Below, one piece after another: positions 29,630 to 38,871 of a stretch of 64,000 bases of DNA. The translations under genes were made by a program, and so were the position numbers. The notes below the pieces were generated by a model. The model was given only the letters and a program-made list of their open reading frames with translations. It did not search any database and was not told the origin of the DNA. The DNA comes from Candidatus Niyogibacteria bacterium (lineage in GTDB: Bacteria; Patescibacteriota; Minisyncoccia; JACROR01), in contig JACPLO010000010.1 of NCBI GenBank assembly GCA_016186495.1, positions 26,905 to 90,904 on the forward strand, read 5' to 3'. Numbering within the stretch: position 1 is the first letter of the stretch; every line of letters begins with the position of its first letter.

Positions 29630-32017
29630 ATGAAAGAAAAAAAACAAAATATTCTTGTTTTACTTGACGCTCACGCCATTCTTCACCGCGCTTTTCACGC
29701 TTTGCCGGCTTTCACTTCGCCCAACGGGGAGCTGACCGGCGCGCTTTACGGCTTTGCGGCCATGCTTTTGAAAATTATCCGCGAGTTTAAACCGGATTAC
29801 CTGGCGGCTTGCTATGATTTGCCCGTGCCCACTTTCCGCCATATTGCTTACGAGAAATATAAAGGAAAAAGGCCAAAAATGGATGAAGGCCTGGCAATTC
29901 AAATCAACCGCTCGCGCGATATTTTAAAAGTTTTTGGGATTCCTATTTATGACGCGCCGGGTTTTGAAGCGGACGATGTTCTCGGCACAATCACGAAACA
30001 AGCAAATGATCCGAAACTCAAGATTATTGTCGCTTCCGGCGATTTGGATACGCTTCAATTGGTGCGAGGCAAAGATGTTGTCGTTTATACTCTCAAAAAA
30101 GGCATTCAAGACGCGATTGTTTACGATGAGGAAGGAGTAAAGGAGCGATTCGGTTTTTTACCGAAGTTTTTACCGGATTTTAAGGGCCTGAAAGGGGATC
30201 CTTCGGATAATATTTTAGGCATACCCGGCATCGGCGATAAAGGCGCGGCCGAGCTTATTCAAAAATTCGGCGGTTTGGAAGAAATCTACCGGTTTTTAGA
30301 AAAAAACGAAAAGAAATTTTTAGCCGCGGGCTTTAAACCGAGAATCGTAAAATTATTAAAAGAACACAAAGAAGAAGCGTTTTTTTCAAAAGAATTAGCC
30401 GTGATCCGGCGGGATGTGCCGATAAAATTCAGATGGCCGGATTTGGTTTGGAAAAAAAAATACCGTTTTTCTGAAGCGGAAAAACTTTTTCAAGAACTCG
30501 GCTTTAAAAGTTTGCGCGAGCGCTTGCCCGGCCAAAAATCCGCTGGCCAAGATAATTTTTCGTTAAAGGAAATTTCTTCCAAACAGCTTAAAAAGCTGCA
30601 GGTGGCCGCCTGGCTTCTGGATTCCCGCCGCGTTAACAAATCATTGGAAGATATTCTGGAAATTATCGGCGTTCGGTCAGTCAAGGAAGTTGAAAAAATT
30701 TTAGAAGAAAAAATCAAAAAAGAAAACTTGAAAGATTTTTTTGAAAAAACAGAATTGCCGTTAATGGATATTTTGGAGGAAATGCAAAAAACCGGCGTTT
30801 TGATAGACAGCGTTGTTTTGAAGAAACTTTCTTTAAAATACGAAAAAGAAATTACGGGTTTGAAAAAAAAGATTTGGGATTTGGCGGGCCAGGAATTTAA
30901 CGTCAGTTCTCCCCGCCAGCTGGGCGTTATTCTTTTTGATAAGCTGAAAATTTCCGTTAAAAGCATAAAAAAAACCGGCGGCGGCGGCTGGTCCACCGGC
31001 TTTTTGGAGCTTCAAAAATTGCGGCCGCTCCATCCGATCATTGATCTGATTTTAAAACATCGCGAATTGGCAAAATTAAAGACCACTTATTTAGACGCTT
31101 TGCCGAAATTAGCGGATAAAAATTCGCGTCTTCACACCACTTTTAATCAAGCCGGGACAATGACCGGGCGTTTTTCTTCGCAAAATCCGAATTTGCAGAA
31201 TATTCCCGTAAAAAACGAACGCGGAAAAGAGATAAGAAGAGCTTTTATCGCGCCGGCCGGCTGGGTTTTTTTGGCGGCGGATTATTCCCAAATTGAACTG
31301 CGCATTGCCGCTCTTCTTTCCGGGGATAAAATTATGACCGATGCTTTTTTAAAAGGAGATGACATTCATTCCGCCACGGCTTCGGCGATTTTTAACGTTT
31401 CGCCGGATAAAGTGACGGCGCAAATGCGGCGGCAGGCCAAAGTGATAAATTTTGGAATTTTATACGGGATGGGAGTCAGGTCTTTGGCTCAAAATTTAGG
31501 CGTGGCTAAAGAAGAAGCGCAGAAATTTTACGATGAGTATTTCAGCGATTTTTCCGGCATTCGCGAATATATTGAAAAAATAAAAGAGAAAGCCAAGGAA
31601 GACGGCTTTGTTGAGACTTTGTTCGGCCGAAAGCGTTATTTTCCCGAACTTCAAAATTTGCCGCCGTATCTTCATCATGAATTTTTGCGGATGGCGGTGA
31701 ATACTCCGATTCAAGGCACTGCCGCGGATTTTATGAAAATAGCCATGGTGGCGGCGGATCAGGCGATTAAAAAAGATTCTATTTTGCGGGATAAAGTGAA
31801 AATGGTTTTACAAATTCACGACGAACTTTTATTTGAAGTGAAAAAAGAAGTTTTGCCAAAAGCCGCCGAATTGATTAAAAAAGAAATGGAAGGAGTGTCT
31901 AAAAACAAAATTCCTTTTCCGGCGGATATCAGCGCCGGCCCCAATTGGGCGGAAATGAATCCCGTTAGAGATTGCGAGGGCTCACAGCATAAAATCTCTA
32001 ACGGGATGAAAAAATAA
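29630..32017 (+). CDS. polA: DNA polymerase I (5' nuclease + polymerase; reduced proofreading region)
   Basis: 795 aa; motif A DYSQIELR, motif B RRQAKVINFGILYGM, motif C QIHDELLFE; last ~19 aa (NPVRDCEGSQHKISNGMKK) are encoded by an inserted CCGTTAGAGA repeat copy. Confidence 0.9.
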   Translation: MKEKKQNILVLLDAHAILHRAFHALPAFTSPNGELTGALYGFAAMLLKIIREFKPDYLAACYDLPVPTFRHIAYEKYKGKRPKMDEGLAIQINRSRDILKVFGIPIYDAPGFEADDVLGTITKQANDPKLKIIVASGDLDTLQLVRGKDVVVYTLKKGIQDAIVYDEEGVKERFGFLPKFLPDFKGLKGDPSDNILGIPGIGDKGAAELIQKFGGLEEIYRFLEKNEKKFLAAGFKPRIVKLLKEHKEEAFFSKELAVIRRDVPIKFRWPDLVWKKKYRFSEAEKLFQELGFKSLRERLPGQKSAGQDNFSLKEISSKQLKKLQVAAWLLDSRRVNKSLEDILEIIGVRSVKEVEKILEEKIKKENLKDFFEKTELPLMDILEEMQKTGVLIDSVVLKKLSLKYEKEITGLKKKIWDLAGQEFNVSSPRQLGVILFDKLKISVKSIKKTGGGGWSTGFLELQKLRPLHPIIDLILKHRELAKLKTTYLDALPKLADKNSRLHTTFNQAGTMTGRFSSQNPNLQNIPVKNERGKEIRRAFIAPAGWVFLAADYSQIELRIAALLSGDKIMTDAFLKGDDIHSATASAIFNVSPDKVTAQMRRQAKVINFGILYGMGVRSLAQNLGVAKEEAQKFYDEYFSDFSGIREYIEKIKEKAKEDGFVETLFGRKRYFPELQNLPPYLHHEFLRMAVNTPIQGTAADFMKIAMVAADQAIKKDSILRDKVKMVLQIHDELLFEVKKEVLPKAAELIKKEMEGVSKNKIPFPADISAGPNWAEMNPVRDCEGSQHKISNGMKK
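31959..32007. mobile_element. MITE-like element, CCGTTAGA family (short 49-bp copy) inside the 3' end of polA
   Basis: ATCCCGTTAGAGATT ... AATCTCTAACGGGAT perfect inverted repeat; flanked by ATGAAT-like duplication. Confidence 0.55.
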
Positions 32018-32018
32018 T

Positions 32019-32924
32019 ATGATTTATTTGCTTCACGGAAAAGATACTTACCGGAGCCGCCAAAATTTGCGCCAAATTACGCAGAAGTTTTTTGACGAAA
32101 AAAATCTGAAATATCATTTTTTCCGCCTGACGCCTGAAAATTTTAATTCCGCTCTTTTTTTTGATTTAGCGAAAAACCAGACAATGTTCGGTGGAAGATA
32201 TTTGGCGGCCGCCGAAGAATTATTGGCGGATAAAAATTTTGGTTCTTTAATCCTTGAGAATATGCCTATTCTGGCCGAGAGCGAAAACATCTTTGTTTTT
32301 TGGGAAAGGGAATTGGCGGCTGATTTGCTTGAAAAAATAAAAACCCGGGCGAAAAAAACACAAGAATTTTTGCCGCTTTCCGGCGTTAAATTAAAAAATT
32401 GGATTAAGGCGGAATCTAAAAAACTGAATTTTAACGTTTCCGGCGAGATTCTGGAAAATTTAATCCAGCAGCACGGTTCGGATCTTTGGGCGATTAGCCG
32501 GGCATTGGAAATTATCGCGTTGGGCGGAATGTTTAAACAGGAAACGATAAAAAAAGAAAAAGATAAAGCCGCGATGTTTGATTTAACCGACGCTTTTGCT
32601 TCGCGGGATCAAAAAAGAGCAATCTTACTTTTTGAAAAATACCGAAAAATGGGCGTGCCGGCGGAAGATATTTTTTGGCGTCTTTCTTGGCAGATTAAAA
32701 CGCTTTTAGCGGTTAAAAGTTTGGCGGACCAGCCGCTTTCCGAGATTCAAAAACAGACTGGTTTTAAGGAATATCCGATAAAAAAAGCGCTGGCCGCCGG
32801 CGCCGGCTTTAAAAAAGAAGAGTTGAAAAAAATATTCAGAGAATTTTTAACGGCTTATCATCAGTCAAGAATCAGCGCCGCGGAGTTTGATAGCCGCCTT
32901 TACGATATTTTAATCAAACTTTAA
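32019..32924 (+). CDS. holA: DNA polymerase III delta subunit (HolA-like)
   Basis: 301 aa; N-terminal IYLLHGKDTYRSRQNL typical of HolA; position after polA. Confidence 0.6.
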   Translation: MIYLLHGKDTYRSRQNLRQITQKFFDEKNLKYHFFRLTPENFNSALFFDLAKNQTMFGGRYLAAAEELLADKNFGSLILENMPILAESENIFVFWERELAADLLEKIKTRAKKTQEFLPLSGVKLKNWIKAESKKLNFNVSGEILENLIQQHGSDLWAISRALEIIALGGMFKQETIKKEKDKAAMFDLTDAFASRDQKRAILLFEKYRKMGVPAEDIFWRLSWQIKTLLAVKSLADQPLSEIQKQTGFKEYPIKKALAAGAGFKKEELKKIFREFLTAYHQSRISAAEFDSRLYDILIKL

Positions 32925-33171
32925 TGAATTTAGCGAGCCGGGATTTTTTGCGGCTGGCGGTGTTTTTTTTGATTACGCCGCGTTTGGCCGCTTTATCAAT
33001 GGCTTGATAAGCGAGAGAAAGAAGATTTTTAGCTTCTTCGTTTTTTCCTTCCATTTTTAAAAGGCGCGTTTTTTTAACGGATTCTTTCATTGTTTTTTTT
33101 ATTCTTGAATTAAGCGCCTGTCTTTTTTTAGATTGCCTTAAATTTTTTTTAGCGGATTCAATGTTCGGCAT
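32914..33171 (-). CDS. rpsT: 30S ribosomal protein S20
   Basis: MPNIESAKKNLRQSKKRQALNSRIKKTMKES... S20 signature. Confidence 0.85.
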   Translation of the reverse strand: MPNIESAKKNLRQSKKRQALNSRIKKTMKESVKKTRLLKMEGKNEEAKNLLSLAYQAIDKAAKRGVIKKNTASRKKSRLAKFIKV

Positions 33172-33220
33172 AAATGTTAATTTACCTTAATTGGAAATTT
33201 GAGTCAAGATCAATAATAAT

Positions 33221-33255
33221 CCCCGTTAAATTTGCTTCGTAACTATTTAACGGGG
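33221..33255. repeat. 35-bp hairpin CCCCGTTAAAT...ATTTAACGGGG (variant of the CCGTTAGAAA inverted-repeat motif) just upstream of gpmI
   Basis: perfect 11-bp arms read directly. Confidence 0.5.
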
Positions 33256-33267
33256 TAAAATTAAAAA

Positions 33268-34938
33268 ATGCCGAACTTATTAAATTTTTTTCAATCGCTG
33301 AATTTTTTTAAAAAAATCGTTAAAAAAAATCAAGAAAAAAAAACACCGGCGCAAAAGCCTTTTTATCGGCCGGTAACGCTTTTGATTTTAGACGGCTTCG
33401 GCGTTAATGTTTCGGTGCCGGAATCCACTTGGCGCTACGCCAAACGGCCGTCATTTGAAGAATTGGAGAAATATTGGCCTTTTACCGCACTTCAGGCCTC
33501 GGGCATCGCGGTCGGGCTTCCTTGGAATGAGCCGGGGAACAGTGAAGTCGGCCATTTAACGATTGGCGCGGGACGCGCACTCTATCACCATCTGCCGCGC
33601 ATTATCAGCGCGATCAGCGACGGCTCGTTTTTTAAAAATGAAGCGTTTAAGGTGGCGGCGGAACGCGCTAAAGAGCCGGGCCAGAGTCTCCATTTAATGG
33701 GACTTTTTTCTTCCGGTTCGGTCCATGCTTATGCGGAACATCTTTACGCTTTAATGGATTTGGCAAAAAAAGAAAAAATATCCGAAGTCTGGCTTCATCT
33801 TTTTTCAGACGGAAAAGACGCGCCGCCTAAAGAATTTTACGATTTTTTAGGAAAATTCGCTGAAAAATTAAAAGATTATCCCAAAGTCAGGATCAGTTCG
33901 CTTTTAGGACGTTCTTTCGCGATGGATCGGGATGAAAATTGGGATAAAATTAAAATTACTTACCGGCTTTTAACCGAAGGCCGCGGTCAACCGTTTAAAG
34001 ACCCTCTGGTTCACGTTGAAGAATCTTACCGAATGGGAAAAAATGACGCTGATCTTTTACCGGGTTTTTTAGCGGACGAAAATAACCGGCCTTTGGGAAG
34101 AATTAAAGACGGCGATGCGGTGATTTTTTATAATTTTCGGGAAGACAGCGCCCGGGAATTAACCAGTGCTTTTATTAGCGAACAGTTTGACCGGTTTGGA
34201 CGCGAAAGCTGGCTGAAAAATCTTTTATTCGTGACCATGACCGAATATGACAAGCGGTTTTCCGTTAAAGCGGCGTTTCCGTCGCTGGATGTTGAACGGC
34301 CTCTGGCGCGGGTGGTTTCGGAAGCCGGTTTAAAACAGCTTCACATCGCGGAAACGGATAAATACGCCCACATCACTTATTTTTTAAACGGCGGCCGGGA
34401 AAAGCCGTTTTCCGGCGAAGACCGGATTCTAATTCCTTCGTTGCCGGCGGAAAGCTATGATCAACGGCCGGAAATGTCCGCCCGTCAGATCACTGAAGCC
34501 GTGATTAAAAATCTTGAAAATTATGATTTTATCGCCGTGAATTTTGCGAATGGCGATATGGTGGGGCACACGGGGAATTTTGAAGCCACGGTAAAAGCGA
34601 TTGAGGTTTTAGATTTTTCCGTGGGAAAAATCATCGCCAAGGCCCTGGAAGTCGGCGGCGCGGTTTTAATTATCGCGGATCACGGGAACGCCGAGGAAAA
34701 AAGATACCGTTTAACCGGCGAAGAAAGAACCCAGCATACGATCAATCCGGTGCCGTGTTATCTGGCGGCCCCGGGTTTTAAACGAACATCTTCGCGCGCC
34801 GCCGAGGAGATTAGCGGTCATTATCGCAAGATTGGCGGGGTTTTGATTGACGTGGCGCCGACTGTTTTGAATCTTTTAGGATTAAAAGCGCCGCCGGAGA
34901 TGAATGGTGAAAATCTTCTTGATAAAACTTTAAAATAA
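33268..34938 (+). CDS. gpmI: 2,3-bisphosphoglycerate-independent phosphoglycerate mutase
   Basis: 556 aa; RPVTLLILDGFG metal-binding N-terminus, ...ADHGNAEE... C-terminal motif. Confidence 0.85.
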   Translation: MPNLLNFFQSLNFFKKIVKKNQEKKTPAQKPFYRPVTLLILDGFGVNVSVPESTWRYAKRPSFEELEKYWPFTALQASGIAVGLPWNEPGNSEVGHLTIGAGRALYHHLPRIISAISDGSFFKNEAFKVAAERAKEPGQSLHLMGLFSSGSVHAYAEHLYALMDLAKKEKISEVWLHLFSDGKDAPPKEFYDFLGKFAEKLKDYPKVRISSLLGRSFAMDRDENWDKIKITYRLLTEGRGQPFKDPLVHVEESYRMGKNDADLLPGFLADENNRPLGRIKDGDAVIFYNFREDSARELTSAFISEQFDRFGRESWLKNLLFVTMTEYDKRFSVKAAFPSLDVERPLARVVSEAGLKQLHIAETDKYAHITYFLNGGREKPFSGEDRILIPSLPAESYDQRPEMSARQITEAVIKNLENYDFIAVNFANGDMVGHTGNFEATVKAIEVLDFSVGKIIAKALEVGGAVLIIADHGNAEEKRYRLTGEERTQHTINPVPCYLAAPGFKRTSSRAAEEISGHYRKIGGVLIDVAPTVLNLLGLKAPPEMNGENLLDKTLK

Positions 34939-34956
34939 AAAAAGATCGCGCTTTTT

Positions 34957-35592
34957 TTAAGACGGTTTATTTTTTTTGTTATTATTTTTTGAGTTTGGCG
35001 GATGATTGATTTCCACTTTAGATTTGATGATTTTATCCACAATGCCGTATTGTTTGGCTTCTTCGGCGCTCATAAAAAAGTCGCGGTCCGTATCCTCTTC
35101 TATTTTAGAAAGCGGCTTGTTGGTGTGATAAGCAAGAATTTTATTTAATTGTTCTTTTACTTTTAAAATATGGCGGGCGGAAATTTCAATTTCCGTGGCC
35201 TGGCCTTCGGCCGCCCCTATCACTTGATGAATCATCACTTCGGAATTTGGCAGGATATACCGTTTTCCTTTTGCGCCGGCGCTTAGAATAATCGCTCCGC
35301 CCGAAGCGGCTACGCCAACGCAAATTGTGGCGACATCCGGCTTAATATGCTGAATCGTGTCATAAATGGCTAAAGTGGCGGTCACCGAACCGCCCGGCGA
35401 ATTTACATAAAGATTAATGTCTTTTTTAGGATCGCGGGATTCCAGAAACAAAAGCTGGGCGATAATGGTGTTCGCCATCGGATCAATGATCGGTCCGCCT
35501 AAAAAAACAATTCGTTCTTCTAAAAGCCGAGAATAAATATCATAAGCTCTTTCGCCGAATTGGCTTTTTTCAATAACGGTTGGAATAAGCAT
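34957..35592 (-). CDS. clpP: ATP-dependent Clp protease proteolytic subunit
   Basis: 211 aa; GGSVTA catalytic Ser region, ...MIHQ..., typical ClpP. Confidence 0.9.
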   Translation of the reverse strand: MLIPTVIEKSQFGERAYDIYSRLLEERIVFLGGPIIDPMANTIIAQLLFLESRDPKKDINLYVNSPGGSVTATLAIYDTIQHIKPDVATICVGVAASGGAIILSAGAKGKRYILPNSEVMIHQVIGAAEGQATEIEISARHILKVKEQLNKILAYHTNKPLSKIEEDTDRDFFMSAEEAKQYGIVDKIIKSKVEINHPPNSKNNNKKNKPS

Positions 35593-35638
35593 AATTAAAG
35601 AATAACCGATTAAAAATTAAGAATCAAGATTTATTATT

Positions 35639-36262
35639 TTAAAATCCCAAGCCGGTAATCAATTGGAAAAGGCCGAAAACAATAGGCAGGATAATGCTCC
35701 AAAAAAAGAAAATAAAAATTAAAAGAATGAAGAATCCGTATTGTTCCAGAAAAATTTGGAGATGGCGCCAGCGATAAGGCAGGAGCGCGAAAAACACTTT
35801 GGAACCGTCTAAAGGAGGAATGGGGATTAAATTAAAAACCGCCAGAATAATGTTGATAAAAACAATTGAAGCGGTAATTTTTAGGAAAGCGTCGGAAATA
35901 AATCCGTTAGCCGCGCCGAATCTTATAATCAAGCCGAAGATAATCGCGATCAGGATATTAGCCAAAGGTCCGGCCGCGGCGACCGCGCCGGGCCCCCATT
36001 TTTGATTTTTTAAATTATAAGGATTATAAGGCACGGGACGAGCCCAGCCGAAAATAAAACCGCCGATAAGATAAGTGGTTGCCGGCACGATGATTGAACC
36101 GATTGGATCAAGGTGTTTTAAGGGATTTAAAGTAAGTCGTCCCTGAAGCCGGGCCGTGGGATCGCCTAAAGCATTGGCGCTGAAGCCGTGAGAAACTTCA
36201 TGAATCACCACTGACATGATTAAGATGGCGATCGCGAAGAAAAATTCAATTTCTGAAAACAT
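35639..36262 (-). CDS. M50-family (site-2 protease-like) zinc metalloprotease
   Basis: HEVSHG (HExxH) in a TM helix, NLIPIPPLDGS (LDG motif); 207 aa. Confidence 0.7.
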   Translation of the reverse strand: MFSEIEFFFAIAILIMSVVIHEVSHGFSANALGDPTARLQGRLTLNPLKHLDPIGSIIVPATTYLIGGFIFGWARPVPYNPYNLKNQKWGPGAVAAAGPLANILIAIIFGLIIRFGAANGFISDAFLKITASIVFINIILAVFNLIPIPPLDGSKVFFALLPYRWRHLQIFLEQYGFFILLIFIFFFWSIILPIVFGLFQLITGLGF

Positions 36263-36637
36263 GTTAAAAATTTAAAATTACTTGAATCTCCGATATTTTT
36301 ATAGTAAACTTTTTTTTATGGCAAACAATGTTTAATTTGTGGAAAAGGGTCGCGGATGGGGGGTAAAAGAAATCTTTTGCGCGGAAAATATAATCCTACT
36401 CCTAAAAAACGAAAATATCCCAATCTTCAGTGGGCGAGTTTTCCGGCTGGCGGCAGGATAAAAATTTGCACCCGTTGTCTCAAGAAAAATAAACTGCTTT
36501 ATTTTTCTTCCGATTCTTTGCAAAGCAAAAAAATTGCCAGTATGCCGAAGGCGCGAAGCAATAAGGAACAGAATCTCCATCTCAAAAAAACGGCTGTAAA
36601 ATAACCGTTTTTTGAGATAATAGTAAATAATAAATAT

Positions 36638-36810
36638 CGGGCCATAGTATAATGGCAGTACGCAAGGCTGGCTTTTCAAGTAATTTATCGGGATGTCGTA
36701 TAGTGGCAGTACGCATGCATGGGGTGCATGCAGTCCGAGTTCGATTCTCGGCATCCCGACCAATTACTTGAAAAGTTGCAACTTGGGTTCAATTCCCAGT
36801 GGCCCGACCA
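36638..36810 (+). other. tRNA-like outer halves (acceptor CGGGCCA/TGGCCCG-ACCA; D-arm and T-arm intact) separated by a 13-bp stem enclosing tRNA-Pro
   Basis: 5' part CGGGCCATAGTATAATGGCAGTACG... and 3' part ...TTGGGTTCAATTCCCAGTGGCCCGACCA; CTTTTCAAGTAAT (36672-36684) pairs with ATTACTTGAAAAG (36765-36777). Confidence 0.5.
36689..36762 (+). tRNA. tRNA-Pro (anticodon GGG), encoded CCA
   Basis: CGGGATG acceptor / CATCCCG-A-CCA; anticodon stem CATGC, loop ATGGGGT; T-arm CCGAG-TTCGATT-CTCGG. Confidence 0.75.
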
Positions 36811-36986
36811 TTCAAAATTAAATCAGATTAGAGAAAATCGCGAAGAAAAATGCCTTAAAATCGGCGATTCGTATTTGAATTTAACGCCGCTGATTTTATT
36901 TTTTTGTTTAATCAGCCGCGCGAAGGATTCAACCACATAATCAAAATGTTCTTTGTTGTAGACGCGGCGCGGAATGGCAAGGCGCA
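36805..36986. repeat. 182-bp direct repeat, copy 1 (starts in the tRNA 3' end; carries an orphan copy of the tryptophanase 3' end)
   Basis: ~98% identical to 38690-38871 (3 mismatches). Confidence 0.85.
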
Positions 36987-37244
36987 TTTCTTTGTTTCCT
37001 TTCTTAATTCGATTATTCTTTCTTTAATCCTGATCGGTGTTTCTCTGGGATTAGTTTTTGGCCTCTTTGATTTATTTTCCAGCCCTTCCAATCCGCTTTT
37101 TCTGTAATCAACCAACCAGTATTTAAGCGACCTTTCTGAAAAAGGACACACTCTGACCATATTCTTAATTGATATTTCTTTGTCTAATATCGGTTTAATC
37201 CATCTAAATTTTTCTTCTTTTGTTGATTTGGGCATAGTTTTCAT
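36912..37244 (-). pseudogene. transposase N-terminal HTH fragment (IS481/IS3-type), DDE domain absent
   Basis: FSERSLKYWLVDYRKSGLEGLENKSKRPKTNP resembles transposase HTH; ORF runs out into the direct repeat, no catalytic domain. Confidence 0.4.
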
Positions 37245-37300
37245 ATGCCCTTAGATTATTCAAAAAAGTGCAATATGTGTGTGTAGATTACCGCAAGCAC

Positions 37301-37329
37301 TTGACTTGTGGCAAAAAATAAACTATAAT
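37301..37329 (+). promoter_or_regulatory. consensus sigma70-type promoter (TTGACT - 17 bp - TATAAT)
   Basis: read directly; followed by SD GGAGGTG (37365-37371) 6 nt before ATG 37378. Confidence 0.6.
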
Positions 37330-37377
37330 ACGACGAGCATTTATCGAACCTTAAAAACCTCGATTGGAGGTGATCAC

Positions 37378-38415
37378 ATGAAGCAAACCAAAACTCTACT
37401 TCGAGTGCTATTGTCCCTTCTCATATTAGAGTCCGCGTTCGCAATTCACGAATACGGTCATCTAAGAGAGTTCCAGAAACGCGGCGTCCCTGTCAAGGAG
37501 TTTTCACTCGGGATCGGTCCCAGCATGTACCAATACCAAACTGATTCTTCGCTAACTGTAAGTTTCCGACTCATACCGATAATGGCGTATGTCGCGCCAA
37601 CGGAAGAGGGCGGAAACTTGTTTAAGAAGCAAGGATCGCTTTGGAACAAAATCGCTGTCGATTTGGCTGGAGTGCGTAATAACTTCTTGGTTGGCTTGGC
37701 CATCATACTCTTTCTGCAAATTCTTGGTTGGAGAAGAGGAAATCTCTCCGCAAAGGAACTCGCAGGAACAGCGATGGTTACGCCGTTCAAGATTCCGCTC
37801 CGCTTCGTCGCATTCCTCGTCGGATGCGTGACGTGGGGTCGCATCAACCTGGCGGAGAAATTTCTTCTCTCAACGGGGGGCATCGATCCGCCTAAGCCGC
37901 TCAAATCGCTCATCCTTTGGAACTTGACGCTTGGTCTTTTCAATCTTGCGCCAATTCCTCCACTTGACGGCGGTCACGCGCTAGAAGCTGTCTTACTCTC
38001 GGCAGGAACTAGCATCTACATATCAGAGATTCCGAAGTTTGTGGGCGTTATCCTTTTTGCCGTATATTGCACGACTGCTGGCAATCAGGATATGCGCGTG
38101 CTTGAAGTTGAACCAAGAAGCGACTCCGTGGAATCAAGAAGGGGCACAACGAAAAGAAGATCAAGCGGGGCGCTTGGCCGTTGGGAAGAAGAGGGAGAAG
38201 AAGCCCCCAGCTTCTTTTTGGTCCGGAGGATCACCCACACACATCTTCCGACTCGTGTCAGGAATATTCTCGAAGACTCCAGTATCTGCACGATTGGCGA
38301 ACTGCGGGAAACTACCGCAAGCCAGTTATTGCAGATCAAGGGTTTTGGTCTGAAATCTCTGGAAGCTGTCGAAAAACTTTTACGAGATAAAGGGCTATCC
38401 CTAAAACCGGAGTGA
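37378..38415 (+). CDS. chimeric ORF: RseP/M50-like N-terminal fragment fused to an RNA polymerase alpha-CTD-like HhH domain
   Basis: HEYGHL HExxH + NLAPIPPLDGGH (M50); C-terminal LPTRVRNILEDSSICTIGELRETTASQLLQIKGFGLKSLEAVEKLLRDKGLSL matches the alpha-CTD pattern; GC-rich; track ORF starts 37279 but the RBS-supported start is 37378. Confidence 0.5.
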   Translation: MKQTKTLLRVLLSLLILESAFAIHEYGHLREFQKRGVPVKEFSLGIGPSMYQYQTDSSLTVSFRLIPIMAYVAPTEEGGNLFKKQGSLWNKIAVDLAGVRNNFLVGLAIILFLQILGWRRGNLSAKELAGTAMVTPFKIPLRFVAFLVGCVTWGRINLAEKFLLSTGGIDPPKPLKSLILWNLTLGLFNLAPIPPLDGGHALEAVLLSAGTSIYISEIPKFVGVILFAVYCTTAGNQDMRVLEVEPRSDSVESRRGTTKRRSSGALGRWEEEGEEAPSFFLVRRITHTHLPTRVRNILEDSSICTIGELRETTASQLLQIKGFGLKSLEAVEKLLRDKGLSLKPE

Positions 38416-38436
38416 GAGTAGCTTCTCGACCATCGC

Positions 38437-38480
38437 GGGGGGCGCGCAGAGCAATCTGTGCGCCCCCCTTTTTCTTTTTC
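38437..38480 (+). terminator. strong intrinsic terminator (14-bp GC stem GGGGGGCGCGCAGA/TCTGTGCGCCCCCC + T-run)
   Basis: read directly after stop of 37378..38415. Confidence 0.75.
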
Positions 38481-38689
38481 AGAATTTCAAAGAACAAATC
38501 TTTGCGAAAACAAATTTTTTTAGCTATTCTTTATTTGTATTTGTATTTGTTTCCGCAACTATCGGCGCGAATTTTTCCGAAGCGAGGGCGGGGCGGAATT
38601 CCTCCCTTCCAATCCTCTCCTTCCGCCGCGCCCGAGCGGAGCGATCAGGAATTTTTCTCAAAATGGGTTCGCGCTAAATTCAGAATACG

Positions 38690-38871
38690 CGACCATTCAA
38701 AATTAAATCAGATTAGAGAAAATCGCGAAGAAAAATGCCTTAAAATCGGAGATTCGTATTTGAATTTAACGCCGCTGATTTTATTTTTTTGTTTGATCAG
38801 CCGCGCGAAGGATTCAACCACATAATCAAAATGTTCTTTGTTGTAGACGCGGCGCGGAATGGCCAGGCGCA
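38690..38871. repeat. 182-bp direct repeat, copy 2 (contains the functional 3' end of the tryptophanase gene)
   Basis: matches 36805-36986. Confidence 0.85.

Noticed and set aside
36332-36763. 143-aa minus-strand ORF spanning the nested tRNA locus
   Set aside because: It overlaps tRNA-Pro and the tRNA-like halves on the opposite strand, has no recognisable motif, and is most likely spurious.
38412-38825. 137-aa ORF downstream of the island chimera
   Set aside because: It spans the strong terminator and low-complexity spacer and runs into the 182-bp direct repeat. It has no start context or motif and the same tail peptide as ORF 36719..36940, so it is a repeat-derived artefact.
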